This document shows positions 50,119 through 58,726 of a stretch of 64,000 nucleotides of DNA, in pieces; within the stretch, counting starts at the first letter, position 1; each line of letters begins with the position of its first letter. Origin of the DNA: Erysipelotrichaceae bacterium. Lineage in GTDB: Bacteria; Bacillota_I; Bacilli_A; RFN20; DUOF01. A program made the translations under genes and the position numbers. Location: NCBI GenBank assembly GCA_015058985.1, contig SVBH01000002.1:50727-114726 (forward strand). The letters run 5' to 3'. The notes below the pieces were generated by a model, which saw only the letters and a list, made by a program, of their open reading frames with translations, searched no databases and was not told the origin of the DNA.

Positions 50119-50683
50119 TTTTATTACTTCATGTGCTACTAAAGATCAATGGATGATTGATGATATAGCAGAAGTTTGTTTTGTAGGAAAAAGTAATGTA
50201 GGAAAGTCTACATTAATTAATACATTAGTTTCTTCTAAGAAATTAGCAAAAACTTCTAAAACTCCAGGTTGCACAAAATTACTAAATTTCTTTAATATTG
50301 ATAACCAATTTAGATTAGTTGACTCTCCTGGATATGGATATGCAAAGACTAACCATCAGACTTATGATGATTTTGCTGCTTTGATGACAGACTATTTATT
50401 CAAAAGAGAAAATTTAAAATTAGTAGTTCATTTAGTGGATTCTAGACATGTTCCAACGTCTTTAGATGTTGAGATGTATGAAATGTTATTATCTTCAGGT
50501 AAACCTTTCTTAATAGTAGCTACCAAATCTGATAAATTAAATCAATCAATGAGAGATAAATGTAAAAAGAATATCATTTCAGTTTTTCATGGGCTTAAAC
50601 CAGATAAGATTATCTTGGTTTCTCACAATGACAATTTAGATAACTTGAAAAGCTATATTGAAGAAGCAATAAGTAGAGAATAA
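50099..50683 (+). CDS. engB: Ribosome biogenesis GTP-binding protein EngB/YsxC
   Basis: FVGKSNVGKSTLIN G1, DSPGYGY G3, TKSDK G4; overlaps lon 3' end as in Bacillus lonA-ysxC. Confidence 0.9.
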   Translation: MQFHNASFITSCATKDQWMIDDIAEVCFVGKSNVGKSTLINTLVSSKKLAKTSKTPGCTKLLNFFNIDNQFRLVDSPGYGYAKTNHQTYDDFAALMTDYLFKRENLKLVVHLVDSRHVPTSLDVEMYEMLLSSGKPFLIVATKSDKLNQSMRDKCKKNIISVFHGLKPDKIILVSHNDNLDNLKSYIEEAISRE

Positions 50684-50698
50684 AATCTCTACTTTTTT
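50672..50698 (+). terminator. Rho-independent terminator after engB
   Basis: agtagaga/tctctact stem, T6. Confidence 0.6.
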
Positions 50699-50724
50699 CA
50701 TATCATTGAAGTGGGAGGATACAA

Positions 50725-51315
50725 ATGAATATTATAAATCTAAATAAAATCATTGTTTTAAATAATATCAAAGATTTAATCAATATAAGTGTTTCTGAAA
50801 ATGTTTCTTATTTAAGGCGTTGTGATGGTGTTTCTTGCAATGGGCAAATTCTAATAAATGGAGTTTATGAAAATATTAATGGGATTGAAAAAATTTTTAG
50901 TGATTCAATAGATATTGAAAATCTAATTCCATATGAAAATATTGAATCATTGGAGGATTTTAGCATTGTGGTAGATGATTTTGAATATGCCTTAGTAGAT
51001 GAAAAATTAGAAATGTTAGTTAAACTAAAAATCAATTCATTCAGAGAAGTAGAAAATAATTTTCTTGCCCAAGATAATGAGAAAGAGATTTTAGAAGAAC
51101 CTGCAAATGAGTTAGAAAGAGAAATAGAAGAAAAATCATTTTTATCTCAGTTTTTAGATTCAAAGAAATATGAGAGAGCATCTACTTTTTATGTATATAA
51201 GAACGAAAATTCTTTAGAGCAAATAAAAGAAAAATATAATGTTTCTTTGGATGAAGTAGATCAAAATGAATTAAGAGAAGGAGATTTAATTAACATTCCT
51301 TTAAAGCATGAATGA
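50725..51315 (+). CDS. SpoVID-like protein, short (N-terminal region plus C-terminal LysM)
   Basis: C-terminal YVYKNENSLEQIKEKYNVSLDEVDQNELREGDLINIPL fits LysM; position next to a CotS-like gene and valS mirrors Bacillus spoVID-ysxE...valS. Confidence 0.45.
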   Translation: MNIINLNKIIVLNNIKDLINISVSENVSYLRRCDGVSCNGQILINGVYENINGIEKIFSDSIDIENLIPYENIESLEDFSIVVDDFEYALVDEKLEMLVKLKINSFREVENNFLAQDNEKEILEEPANELEREIEEKSFLSQFLDSKKYERASTFYVYKNENSLEQIKEKYNVSLDEVDQNELREGDLINIPLKHE

Positions 51316-52219
51316 GGTACTTAAAGATTATTATAATATAGATGTTATTACTATAATTTCTGTTTCGTCATCATCATATAAAATTAAGGCAAAACAAGGA
51401 TCGTATTTTCTAAAATATGTTACATCATCATCTTTAGAAAATATTATTAATAAATTAGCTATGCTTCATATTGATACCTTTAATTATATTATTAAAAATA
51501 ACTGGGGTTACTATGTTACTTCAAATGACGATATTTCATTTATTCTTTCTAATTCAATTGAAGAAGATAATGTAGATGCAAAGGAAATTAAAATGAAAAT
51601 GTTCATTAATAAAATTGCTAATTTGCACAGCAAATCTTTTTTTACCTTAGATGTTAGTAAAGATTTTTTTATAGAAACTTTTGAATTTATCGAAAATAAA
51701 TTAATCGATGTTTCTTCATATTTAGAACAATTGATGGAAATGATAGAAAAAGAAGATTATAAGTCTCCTTTTGAGTGGATGTTTGTTTTAAATTATGGAT
51801 ATCTTAAATCTTGTATGGACAAATCTTATGATTATCTACAAAAGTTTAAAACCAGTTGTGAAAATAAAACCTCTATTAGGATGGTACTAGCGTATTTAAA
51901 TTTTGATTATTCACATATATTAGTAAAAAAAGAGAAAATTATTTCTATTGAGAATATGGTTAATGCTCCTCCAATTTATGATATTGTAGATATGATAGAT
52001 AAGGGATACAGTAATAACTTTGACCTTTCAAGTGTGTTAGAACAATATCATAAAGTGTTTCCCTTGCAGGAGTACGAAAAGATGTGGTTGTTGGCTTTAT
52101 TATTTATTCCAAAAGTAAATTTCAATTATTATTCCGATATTGATTTGATTAAACAATTGATTGATATTTTAGAGTATAATAAGTGTATTGAGAAAATTGA
52201 AAGTATTATAACAAAATAA
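51308..52219 (+). CDS. YsxE/CotS-family (spore-coat kinase-like) protein, tentative
   Basis: 303 aa; N-terminus YNIDVITIISVSSSSYKIKAKQGSYFLK resembles CotS/YsxE; overlaps preceding gene by 8 nt. Confidence 0.4.
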   Translation: MNEVLKDYYNIDVITIISVSSSSYKIKAKQGSYFLKYVTSSSLENIINKLAMLHIDTFNYIIKNNWGYYVTSNDDISFILSNSIEEDNVDAKEIKMKMFINKIANLHSKSFFTLDVSKDFFIETFEFIENKLIDVSSYLEQLMEMIEKEDYKSPFEWMFVLNYGYLKSCMDKSYDYLQKFKTSCENKTSIRMVLAYLNFDYSHILVKKEKIISIENMVNAPPIYDIVDMIDKGYSNNFDLSSVLEQYHKVFPLQEYEKMWLLALLFIPKVNFNYYSDIDLIKQLIDILEYNKCIEKIESIITK

Positions 52220-52220
52220 A

Positions 52221-52248
52221 AGGATTCCTAATTAGGAATCCTTTTTTT
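52221..52248. terminator. Bidirectional terminator (perfect 11-bp palindrome) between convergent 51308-52219 (+) and 52250-52693 (-)
   Basis: aggattcctaa|ttaggaatcct flanked by A-run and T7 run. Confidence 0.7.
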
Positions 52249-52249
52249 C

Positions 52250-52693
52250 TTAGTCGTTTTTGACTTGGTTTAAAGCATCAAGATAATAATCAATAGCAGT
52301 TTTATCATCAATACTATCTAAAGTAAATTTGTCATCTTTATTAGATTCATATGTATAAAACATTTCTTTTCTTTTTAGCTTTGGATTATTTTTATTTTCT
52401 TCTAATATTTTTTCAGCAATAGAAGTTTTCTTTTCTTTTGGTTTATCTTGGAATGCAGCATCTACATTTTTGATGTATTCTACTAAAGAGTCAACGTCCT
52501 CTGATTCTTCTTCTCTAATAACAGGGATAGCTGTTGTTTGAGAAAAAGCATATGAAGAATAAGTTAAATCCATATTATCTACATCGTTATGAACTGTTTC
52601 CACATTAAGTGCTTCAAGTCTTGCCTCATCTAAATTGTTAGATAAAGATTTTAAACGATTAATTTTTTGATTTCTCATTGCTTTGTTTGCCAT
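52250..52693 (-). CDS. Hypothetical acidic protein, 147 aa
   Basis: Minus-strand ORF with RBS-like aggatgtg upstream; no family recognised. Confidence 0.4.
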   Translation of the reverse strand: MANKAMRNQKINRLKSLSNNLDEARLEALNVETVHNDVDNMDLTYSSYAFSQTTAIPVIREEESEDVDSLVEYIKNVDAAFQDKPKEKKTSIAEKILEENKNNPKLKRKEMFYTYESNKDDKFTLDSIDDKTAIDYYLDALNQVKND

Positions 52694-52944
52694 TATTATT
52701 CACATCCTACGTATTTGAATTATACATATAAGAGTTGTTAAATGCAACATTATTTTATGGTCGTGTTGAAAAAAAGTTACTTTTTTTCTATTATACGATT
52801 GACCTATGGTAGATGACTTGTCTAAATTCACTTTTTTTTGCAAAAATTTTATTACAAGAAAGTAAAAAAATTGGATTTATATTTATTGATAAATATAGTA
52901 TAATAGATTTATACAAGGGAAGAACAATCTATTTATAATAAAAG

Positions 52945-55900
52945 GTGGGGATTATAAATATGAAAATAACATGGAAAAAAGCAATATCTGTTTTAGCAAT
53001 CTTTGTTGCTTTTTTTGTAGTGTCTGCCTGTGGTAAAAAAACAAAAAATTATACTGTAACTTTTAAAAATGCAGGAGAACCAATTTCAGTTGTTGTAAAA
53101 GAAAAGTCATTGGTAGCTAAACCTGAAACTGATCCTGTTAAAGAAGGCTACTATTTTGATGGATGGTATGCTGATACGGCGTATACTAAATTATTTGACT
53201 TTGGTAACACTAAGATAACAAAAGATACAACAATATATGCTAAGTTTATTATGATTGGAAAAGTTCACTTTAAAACTAATGGGGGAACTTTAGTTGAAAG
53301 TAAAGAATGTTTAGAAATAACTGAAGCACCTGTAACAACTAAAACAGGACATTCATTTGAAGGATGGTATTACGATAGTAATTTTACAAAGCCTGTAACA
53401 TTTCCTGCTAAAATTGCAGGAACAATTACTATGTATGCTAATTGGATTGTAACAGGATATGATGTTAATTTCGTTACGAATTCCAACGAGGTAGTCAATT
53501 TTGAAAAACAAAACTATGGAACTAGCATTAATTATGTAGATTTAGATGTTAGTAAAAAAGAAGGAGCTATTTCTCTAGAAGGATGGTATCTAGATGAAAA
53601 GTTAACTAGTAAAGCTACTTTCCCTTACACTATTACAGATGCCATTACTTTCTATGCTAAATGGAATATGAGAAAAATCAATGTTCATTTTATAGACAAT
53701 AATTTACTAACAGCAAATAAGGAGATTACATCTTTAAGTACAATTTTGGATTATGGAACTGCAATAAAGCTTGATAATTATGTTTACTCTAAAACAGATT
53801 ATATATTTGAAGGATGGTATTTGGATGAAACTTTAATAAATAGTGTTCCTAATGGTTATATATTGACTGATGATTTATCTAATGAAACGCTCCATATTTA
53901 TTTTTATGCTAAGTTATCCTTAAATAACAATACAGTAGAATTGGATAGCAATGGAGGAACTTATGATGGAACTTCAATCAAGGTGTTCAAACCTAGTAAT
54001 GATACAGAAAAAGTTCATATTCAAATCAATAGAGTAGTTCCATCAAAATTAGGATATAGATTTATTGGGTATAGAATCAAAAAAGCAGATGGATCTTTAG
54101 GAGATTTTATTTCAAATTTACCAGAGTTTGCTAAGACAACTTTATCTGAATCATATACATTAATAGCTGAATGGGAAGAAATTCAATTTAAATTAACAAT
54201 TTATGTTGATGATAACTATAAAATTTCTATTCCTGGTGAACATCCTGCAAATTCGTCTGTAAATGTTAAAGACTATCTAGATACAATCGATGATTCTTAT
54301 AAAACAAGAGAAGGAATGATTTTTAAAGGAGTATGTTTAAAAGAAAATGAATGTACTGAATATTATGAAAATCAATTCCAAATAGTTGACCAAAGCACAT
54401 CATTTGATTATGAAGATAATGGAGTGTGGTATAGATATATAGTATTATATTTAGCTTTTGAGTCAGAAAAATTTGACTTAACAGTTCATGCTAACTCAGG
54501 ATATTTTGGAGTTTCAGGAAGTGGTAGTACAGTACTTCCTTATCCTGGTGTTAAATATGGAACCACAATTGAAGACTTAAATATTACTGAGCCAATTAAG
54601 ACAGGATACCAATTCGCAGGATGGTGTATTGATAGTGATTCATGCTCTGTACCAGTAGATAATACTTACGCGATTACATCATCAATTAATCTATATGCCA
54701 AGTGGGAAATTTCTAAATACTATATCAGTGTTACTAATATTGATGGTGGAGATATTGTCTTACTTAAGAATGTTCCTTATCAAACAAAAACAAGCATTCA
54801 ATATTTATATGAATGGGATGAAAATGTTATTGCTAACTTATCAAATGATACAGGTGTAGTAATTTATCATTTAGGTACAAAAACAGCTGACAATAAAGAT
54901 TTAATAGTTTATTACAATGGTAATTTTAGTTACTTTAACATTTCCGATTATAGTAGCTACAAATTCTTAGGATTCTACAATGACTATTATTCTAGTTATA
55001 TTGCTTCCTTCACAATGACTGGAAATGTCCTTTTATATCCTAAATTTGACACAAGTAAAGAGATAGTATATAAGCTTAATGATGATGGAATTGCGTATTC
55101 TGCATACTCATTTGGCACTTTGGATAATTCTTCTAAAGATATCACAATTTCTTCTGTCTTCATGGGAAAAGAAGTAGAAAAAATCAGTAAAAATTGTTTT
55201 TCAAATGAAGACTCATTAAAAATCGAAAGTTTATTTATACCTGAGACTGTATCTGTTATAGAAAATAATAGTTTTGTATACTTATTGAATTTAAATAAAC
55301 TTACTATCCCAGTTTTCTCAAATTATTTCTCTTTCTCTAAATTGTTTGGAACAAATGATGAATTCATTATCAGTCATTTGAAATATTTGAAAATTACAGG
55401 AGGAAGCTTAGAAAGATTCGTAATTTCAACCGAAAATAGCACTGGACTTGAAGGCTTGCAATATCTAAAAATAATTCAAGAGTTACATTTACCATATAGT
55501 ATTGATGACTTCTATGATAGTACTATTGATTTCTTAGCTGAATTACAAAATTTAAGAGATTTCAAAATAGAAGTGAGAGAAAATAGTAGCCAAAAATTCT
55601 ATGTGGCAGAATATAATTCAAGCAGTTCTACTTTCCAAATAATGAGAAATGCAACAGGAACTATCGCTTACGAATTTAAACGTAACAATGGAAATATTAT
55701 AGATGAAGTGGAATTAAAATATTCAATTTCATTTATAGATAATGAACTAAATCAATTAAAGACTCCGCTAACTAATCTTTCAATTGGAGAAAAATTAGTT
55801 AACTTTAATACTAGTGAAGACTATATACCTACTAAAGAAGGATATACATTTGTTGGTTGGTGGTATTATGAAGAAGTTGACGGAGTAGTTGAATTAACAG

Positions 55901-58449
55901 AACCTTATATTTATGAAGATTTAAAAGTAATGTTTGCTGAAAATGTTCAACTTTGCGCTAAATTTATTAAAGGAAATGTAGTTGTAGAAAATAATATTAT
56001 TGTTTCAATTAGCGAACTAAGCGAAGAAGAAAATATTTTAGTTATCGAGAAGTATTATCGTGGTAATTTATTAGAAGGAATTGATTTAACTTCCATGGAA
56101 TCAACCTTAGAATATGTACAAGCAATTGAATTCCCTGATAGCATAAAGAAAATTACATTATCTGGTAAGGTACCAGCATTGCAATCAATCTCAATGGCTG
56201 CCAATATGTATCAATGCGTAGTTGATGATAAATCAAAATGTAAAGCAGTAGAAATATATAAATCTGCTATTGGCAAATCAAATATTCCTGAAACTGCAAC
56301 ATTAGAAATAAAGATTATTCACTCTGATAATGATTCAATTAATCAAATTATTGATGCATTTGATGGTTTAGAAAAAATTAATATTACAAAACTTACATTA
56401 CCAAGTTCTTTGATCTTTGATATTTTAAGTTATCCTATGATGTTTAAAGAATTACATAATGTAAGTGGTTATGCTATTACTGATATTGATGGCTATAATA
56501 ATGTTGTAGTAGGAGAAAATGGTTGCTTGTATGGTTTAGTTTACAACACAAGTAATGAAACCGAATGGGCGCTTCTTAGAAGTCCTATGAGAAGTGTTTC
56601 TGAAGAATTAAGTACAGGAACTTTAGTTGGAAAAGAGTCAATTAAACAAATTGCTCCATATGCTTTTTATAAAATACATAACATTACTAAAATAACAATG
56701 AATGATGGAAAATCTAATTCACAAATCTATATATTAGGAGATTATTCTTTCGCATCAATGGATGATTTAACTTCTATTATGATAGGAATGAGTGTTAGAG
56801 AAATATCTAAATTTGCCTTTGATTCAAGTTATAGTATTACTGAATTTGACATCGATCAATTTAATGGTGTCTATTCAGTATTAGATGGTGTATTATTCAA
56901 AAGTCATGAGACTATACTAGTAAAATATCCAGCTAATAAAGATGCATCATATTATGCAATTCCATTAGGCGTAAAAGAAATTGCAGAATATGCCTTTATG
57001 TTGAATGAAAATATTGGAATAGATTTAGAAATTGGTAAAAATGTTATAACCATTTCAGGATATTCTAATTTTAGTGAATTTGCATATTGGGAAGAATTGA
57101 AACTAAATAATTTCGTAAATGTTAAGTCATTTATTGTAGATGAAGATAATGCAGTATTTACGAGTGTTAATGGTTCTTTATATAGTAAAGACTATTCAGT
57201 ATTAATTCGCTTTGGAAAAAATAGTGATAGTAAACAAGTGTTGCTATTACCTTCAATAAAAACCATTTTCAAAGATGCATTCCTTTACAACACAGAAAAC
57301 CTTATAAGTTACCTAAGTAAACAAATTGAATGCATACTAATAGATAACGCTAATAATGAAGATTTATCAGAACTATTGGGAGATTCTGAACATGGAATTG
57401 GAAAATATTTTTCTAATTTAGGATTTAATGCTCAAAATTTAATTATCTATTTTGGAACATTTGAAGGATTTGCTGACTTAGAAACTAATCCAATGTATAC
57501 TGTTGTAACACCAGATTCTTCTTTCAGACTATATACAGAAGGTAATTTGCATATAGGAGGAGAAGAACTACATATAGGCAATAATAAAGAATATTTTGAA
57601 TACGCTGATTTAATGATTAATGAAGCTCCTGTAACTTCATCATCAAGTGTATTTATTGGCTGGTATTTAGATTCTGATTATCAAATACCTGCTAAATTCC
57701 CATTATTATCAATAACAAATGGTTCATTAAAATATGTAAGTTTATATGCTAAATTTGGTACATCATATCTAGTTACATTTGATAGCAAAGGTGGAACTAG
57801 TATTGAATCTATTAATTATATTGATGTAATCACAAAAGATACACTTCCTATTAATCCTGAAAAAACTGGATATAAGTTTGGTGGTTGGTATCTTGATTCT
57901 GCCTTAACAAAACCATTATTTAGTGAAACAGAGTCATATGAATTGTCATTACCAACAACGCCTCTATATGCTAAATGGAATGTCGAAGTTACAATATATG
58001 TTAGAGATATTGAGACTTATACATTTAAAATTCTAAATTCTGTTAATGGAGAGTCATGGTATTTTGGAACGGGTGATTCCTTAAATAAACATTTGGGAGA
58101 AGAATATAATAAATATAGATGGTACACTGATTCTGATTGTACTAATGAAATTTCTTATTCTAGAGCAATAAATTCTTCAATAACTATATATGGTATTCCT
58201 TACCATGAAGTGGAAATTGAAATTGTCTATTTAGAAGAAGATAAGGTTACAGAACTTGATAGAAGACAAATATCAGTAGATGTAGCTTTAGAAACCACAA
58301 TTAATCAGTTGGATGTATATCAAGAACTAATAGGGGCTTATATAATTAAATCTATTTATTTAGACAAAAATGAATCAGCAGCAACTAACTCAACTTCTGC
58401 AATTTCATTTAATGTCAATTTCATTAGAATTTATTGCTATATGATGTAA
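52945..58449 (+). CDS. Giant surface lipoprotein (1834 aa) with Flg_new-type (Listeria-Bacteroides) repeats and BspA-type leucine-rich repeats
   Basis: Signal peptide plus lipobox VVSAC; at least 8 copies of G(Y/H)xFxGWYxD...(I/L)YAK(W/F), e.g. GYYFDGWYADTAYTKLFDF...TIYAKF, GHSFEGWYYDSNFTKPVTF...TMYANW, GYQFAGWCID...NLYAKW, GYKFGGWYLDSALTKPLF...PLYAKW; central segments like YSVLDGVLFKSHETILVKYPANKDASYYAIPLGVKEIAEYAF match the BspA-like LRR_5 pattern; no LPxTG. Confidence 0.7.
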   Translation: MGIINMKITWKKAISVLAIFVAFFVVSACGKKTKNYTVTFKNAGEPISVVVKEKSLVAKPETDPVKEGYYFDGWYADTAYTKLFDFGNTKITKDTTIYAKFIMIGKVHFKTNGGTLVESKECLEITEAPVTTKTGHSFEGWYYDSNFTKPVTFPAKIAGTITMYANWIVTGYDVNFVTNSNEVVNFEKQNYGTSINYVDLDVSKKEGAISLEGWYLDEKLTSKATFPYTITDAITFYAKWNMRKINVHFIDNNLLTANKEITSLSTILDYGTAIKLDNYVYSKTDYIFEGWYLDETLINSVPNGYILTDDLSNETLHIYFYAKLSLNNNTVELDSNGGTYDGTSIKVFKPSNDTEKVHIQINRVVPSKLGYRFIGYRIKKADGSLGDFISNLPEFAKTTLSESYTLIAEWEEIQFKLTIYVDDNYKISIPGEHPANSSVNVKDYLDTIDDSYKTREGMIFKGVCLKENECTEYYENQFQIVDQSTSFDYEDNGVWYRYIVLYLAFESEKFDLTVHANSGYFGVSGSGSTVLPYPGVKYGTTIEDLNITEPIKTGYQFAGWCIDSDSCSVPVDNTYAITSSINLYAKWEISKYYISVTNIDGGDIVLLKNVPYQTKTSIQYLYEWDENVIANLSNDTGVVIYHLGTKTADNKDLIVYYNGNFSYFNISDYSSYKFLGFYNDYYSSYIASFTMTGNVLLYPKFDTSKEIVYKLNDDGIAYSAYSFGTLDNSSKDITISSVFMGKEVEKISKNCFSNEDSLKIESLFIPETVSVIENNSFVYLLNLNKLTIPVFSNYFSFSKLFGTNDEFIISHLKYLKITGGSLERFVISTENSTGLEGLQYLKIIQELHLPYSIDDFYDSTIDFLAELQNLRDFKIEVRENSSQKFYVAEYNSSSSTFQIMRNATGTIAYEFKRNNGNIIDEVELKYSISFIDNELNQLKTPLTNLSIGEKLVNFNTSEDYIPTKEGYTFVGWWYYEEVDGVVELTEPYIYEDLKVMFAENVQLCAKFIKGNVVVENNIIVSISELSEEENILVIEKYYRGNLLEGIDLTSMESTLEYVQAIEFPDSIKKITLSGKVPALQSISMAANMYQCVVDDKSKCKAVEIYKSAIGKSNIPETATLEIKIIHSDNDSINQIIDAFDGLEKINITKLTLPSSLIFDILSYPMMFKELHNVSGYAITDIDGYNNVVVGENGCLYGLVYNTSNETEWALLRSPMRSVSEELSTGTLVGKESIKQIAPYAFYKIHNITKITMNDGKSNSQIYILGDYSFASMDDLTSIMIGMSVREISKFAFDSSYSITEFDIDQFNGVYSVLDGVLFKSHETILVKYPANKDASYYAIPLGVKEIAEYAFMLNENIGIDLEIGKNVITISGYSNFSEFAYWEELKLNNFVNVKSFIVDEDNAVFTSVNGSLYSKDYSVLIRFGKNSDSKQVLLLPSIKTIFKDAFLYNTENLISYLSKQIECILIDNANNEDLSELLGDSEHGIGKYFSNLGFNAQNLIIYFGTFEGFADLETNPMYTVVTPDSSFRLYTEGNLHIGGEELHIGNNKEYFEYADLMINEAPVTSSSSVFIGWYLDSDYQIPAKFPLLSITNGSLKYVSLYAKFGTSYLVTFDSKGGTSIESINYIDVITKDTLPINPEKTGYKFGGWYLDSALTKPLFSETESYELSLPTTPLYAKWNVEVTIYVRDIETYTFKILNSVNGESWYFGTGDSLNKHLGEEYNKYRWYTDSDCTNEISYSRAINSSITIYGIPYHEVEIEIVYLEEDKVTELDRRQISVDVALETTINQLDVYQELIGAYIIKSIYLDKNESAATNSTSAISFNVNFIRIYCYMM

Positions 58450-58479
58450 CTTGTTAAATTTTCCTATTTGTGTTAATAT

Positions 58480-58709
58480 AAATTAAACTAAGAAAAGGAA
58501 GAGTAACTTCTAAGTTTAGGTAGAGAGTCCTTGGTTGGTGCAAAAGGATTAAATGAAGTTGTGAAGGTCGCCTTGGAGTTTATTAATTGAAATAGTAGTA
58601 GGTTAATCGTTGGTCGCGTTAAGACTTAATTAAGAGCATAACAAATGTTATGAACTAGGATGGTATCGCGGTTAAAAGTCGTTCCTAATTTTAGGAATGA
58701 CTTTTTTAT
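58480..58709 (+). promoter_or_regulatory. T-box riboswitch leader (tRNA-Val sensing) with intrinsic terminator, upstream of valS
   Basis: AGAGAG stem-I element (58521-58526), T-box consensus-like aactaGGATGGTATCGCGGttaaaag (58654-58680), terminator gtcgttcctaa/ttaggaatgac (58678-58702) plus T6; possible GUC specifier at 58567-58569. Confidence 0.7.
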
Positions 58710-58726
58710 TTGAAAGGAGAATTATT

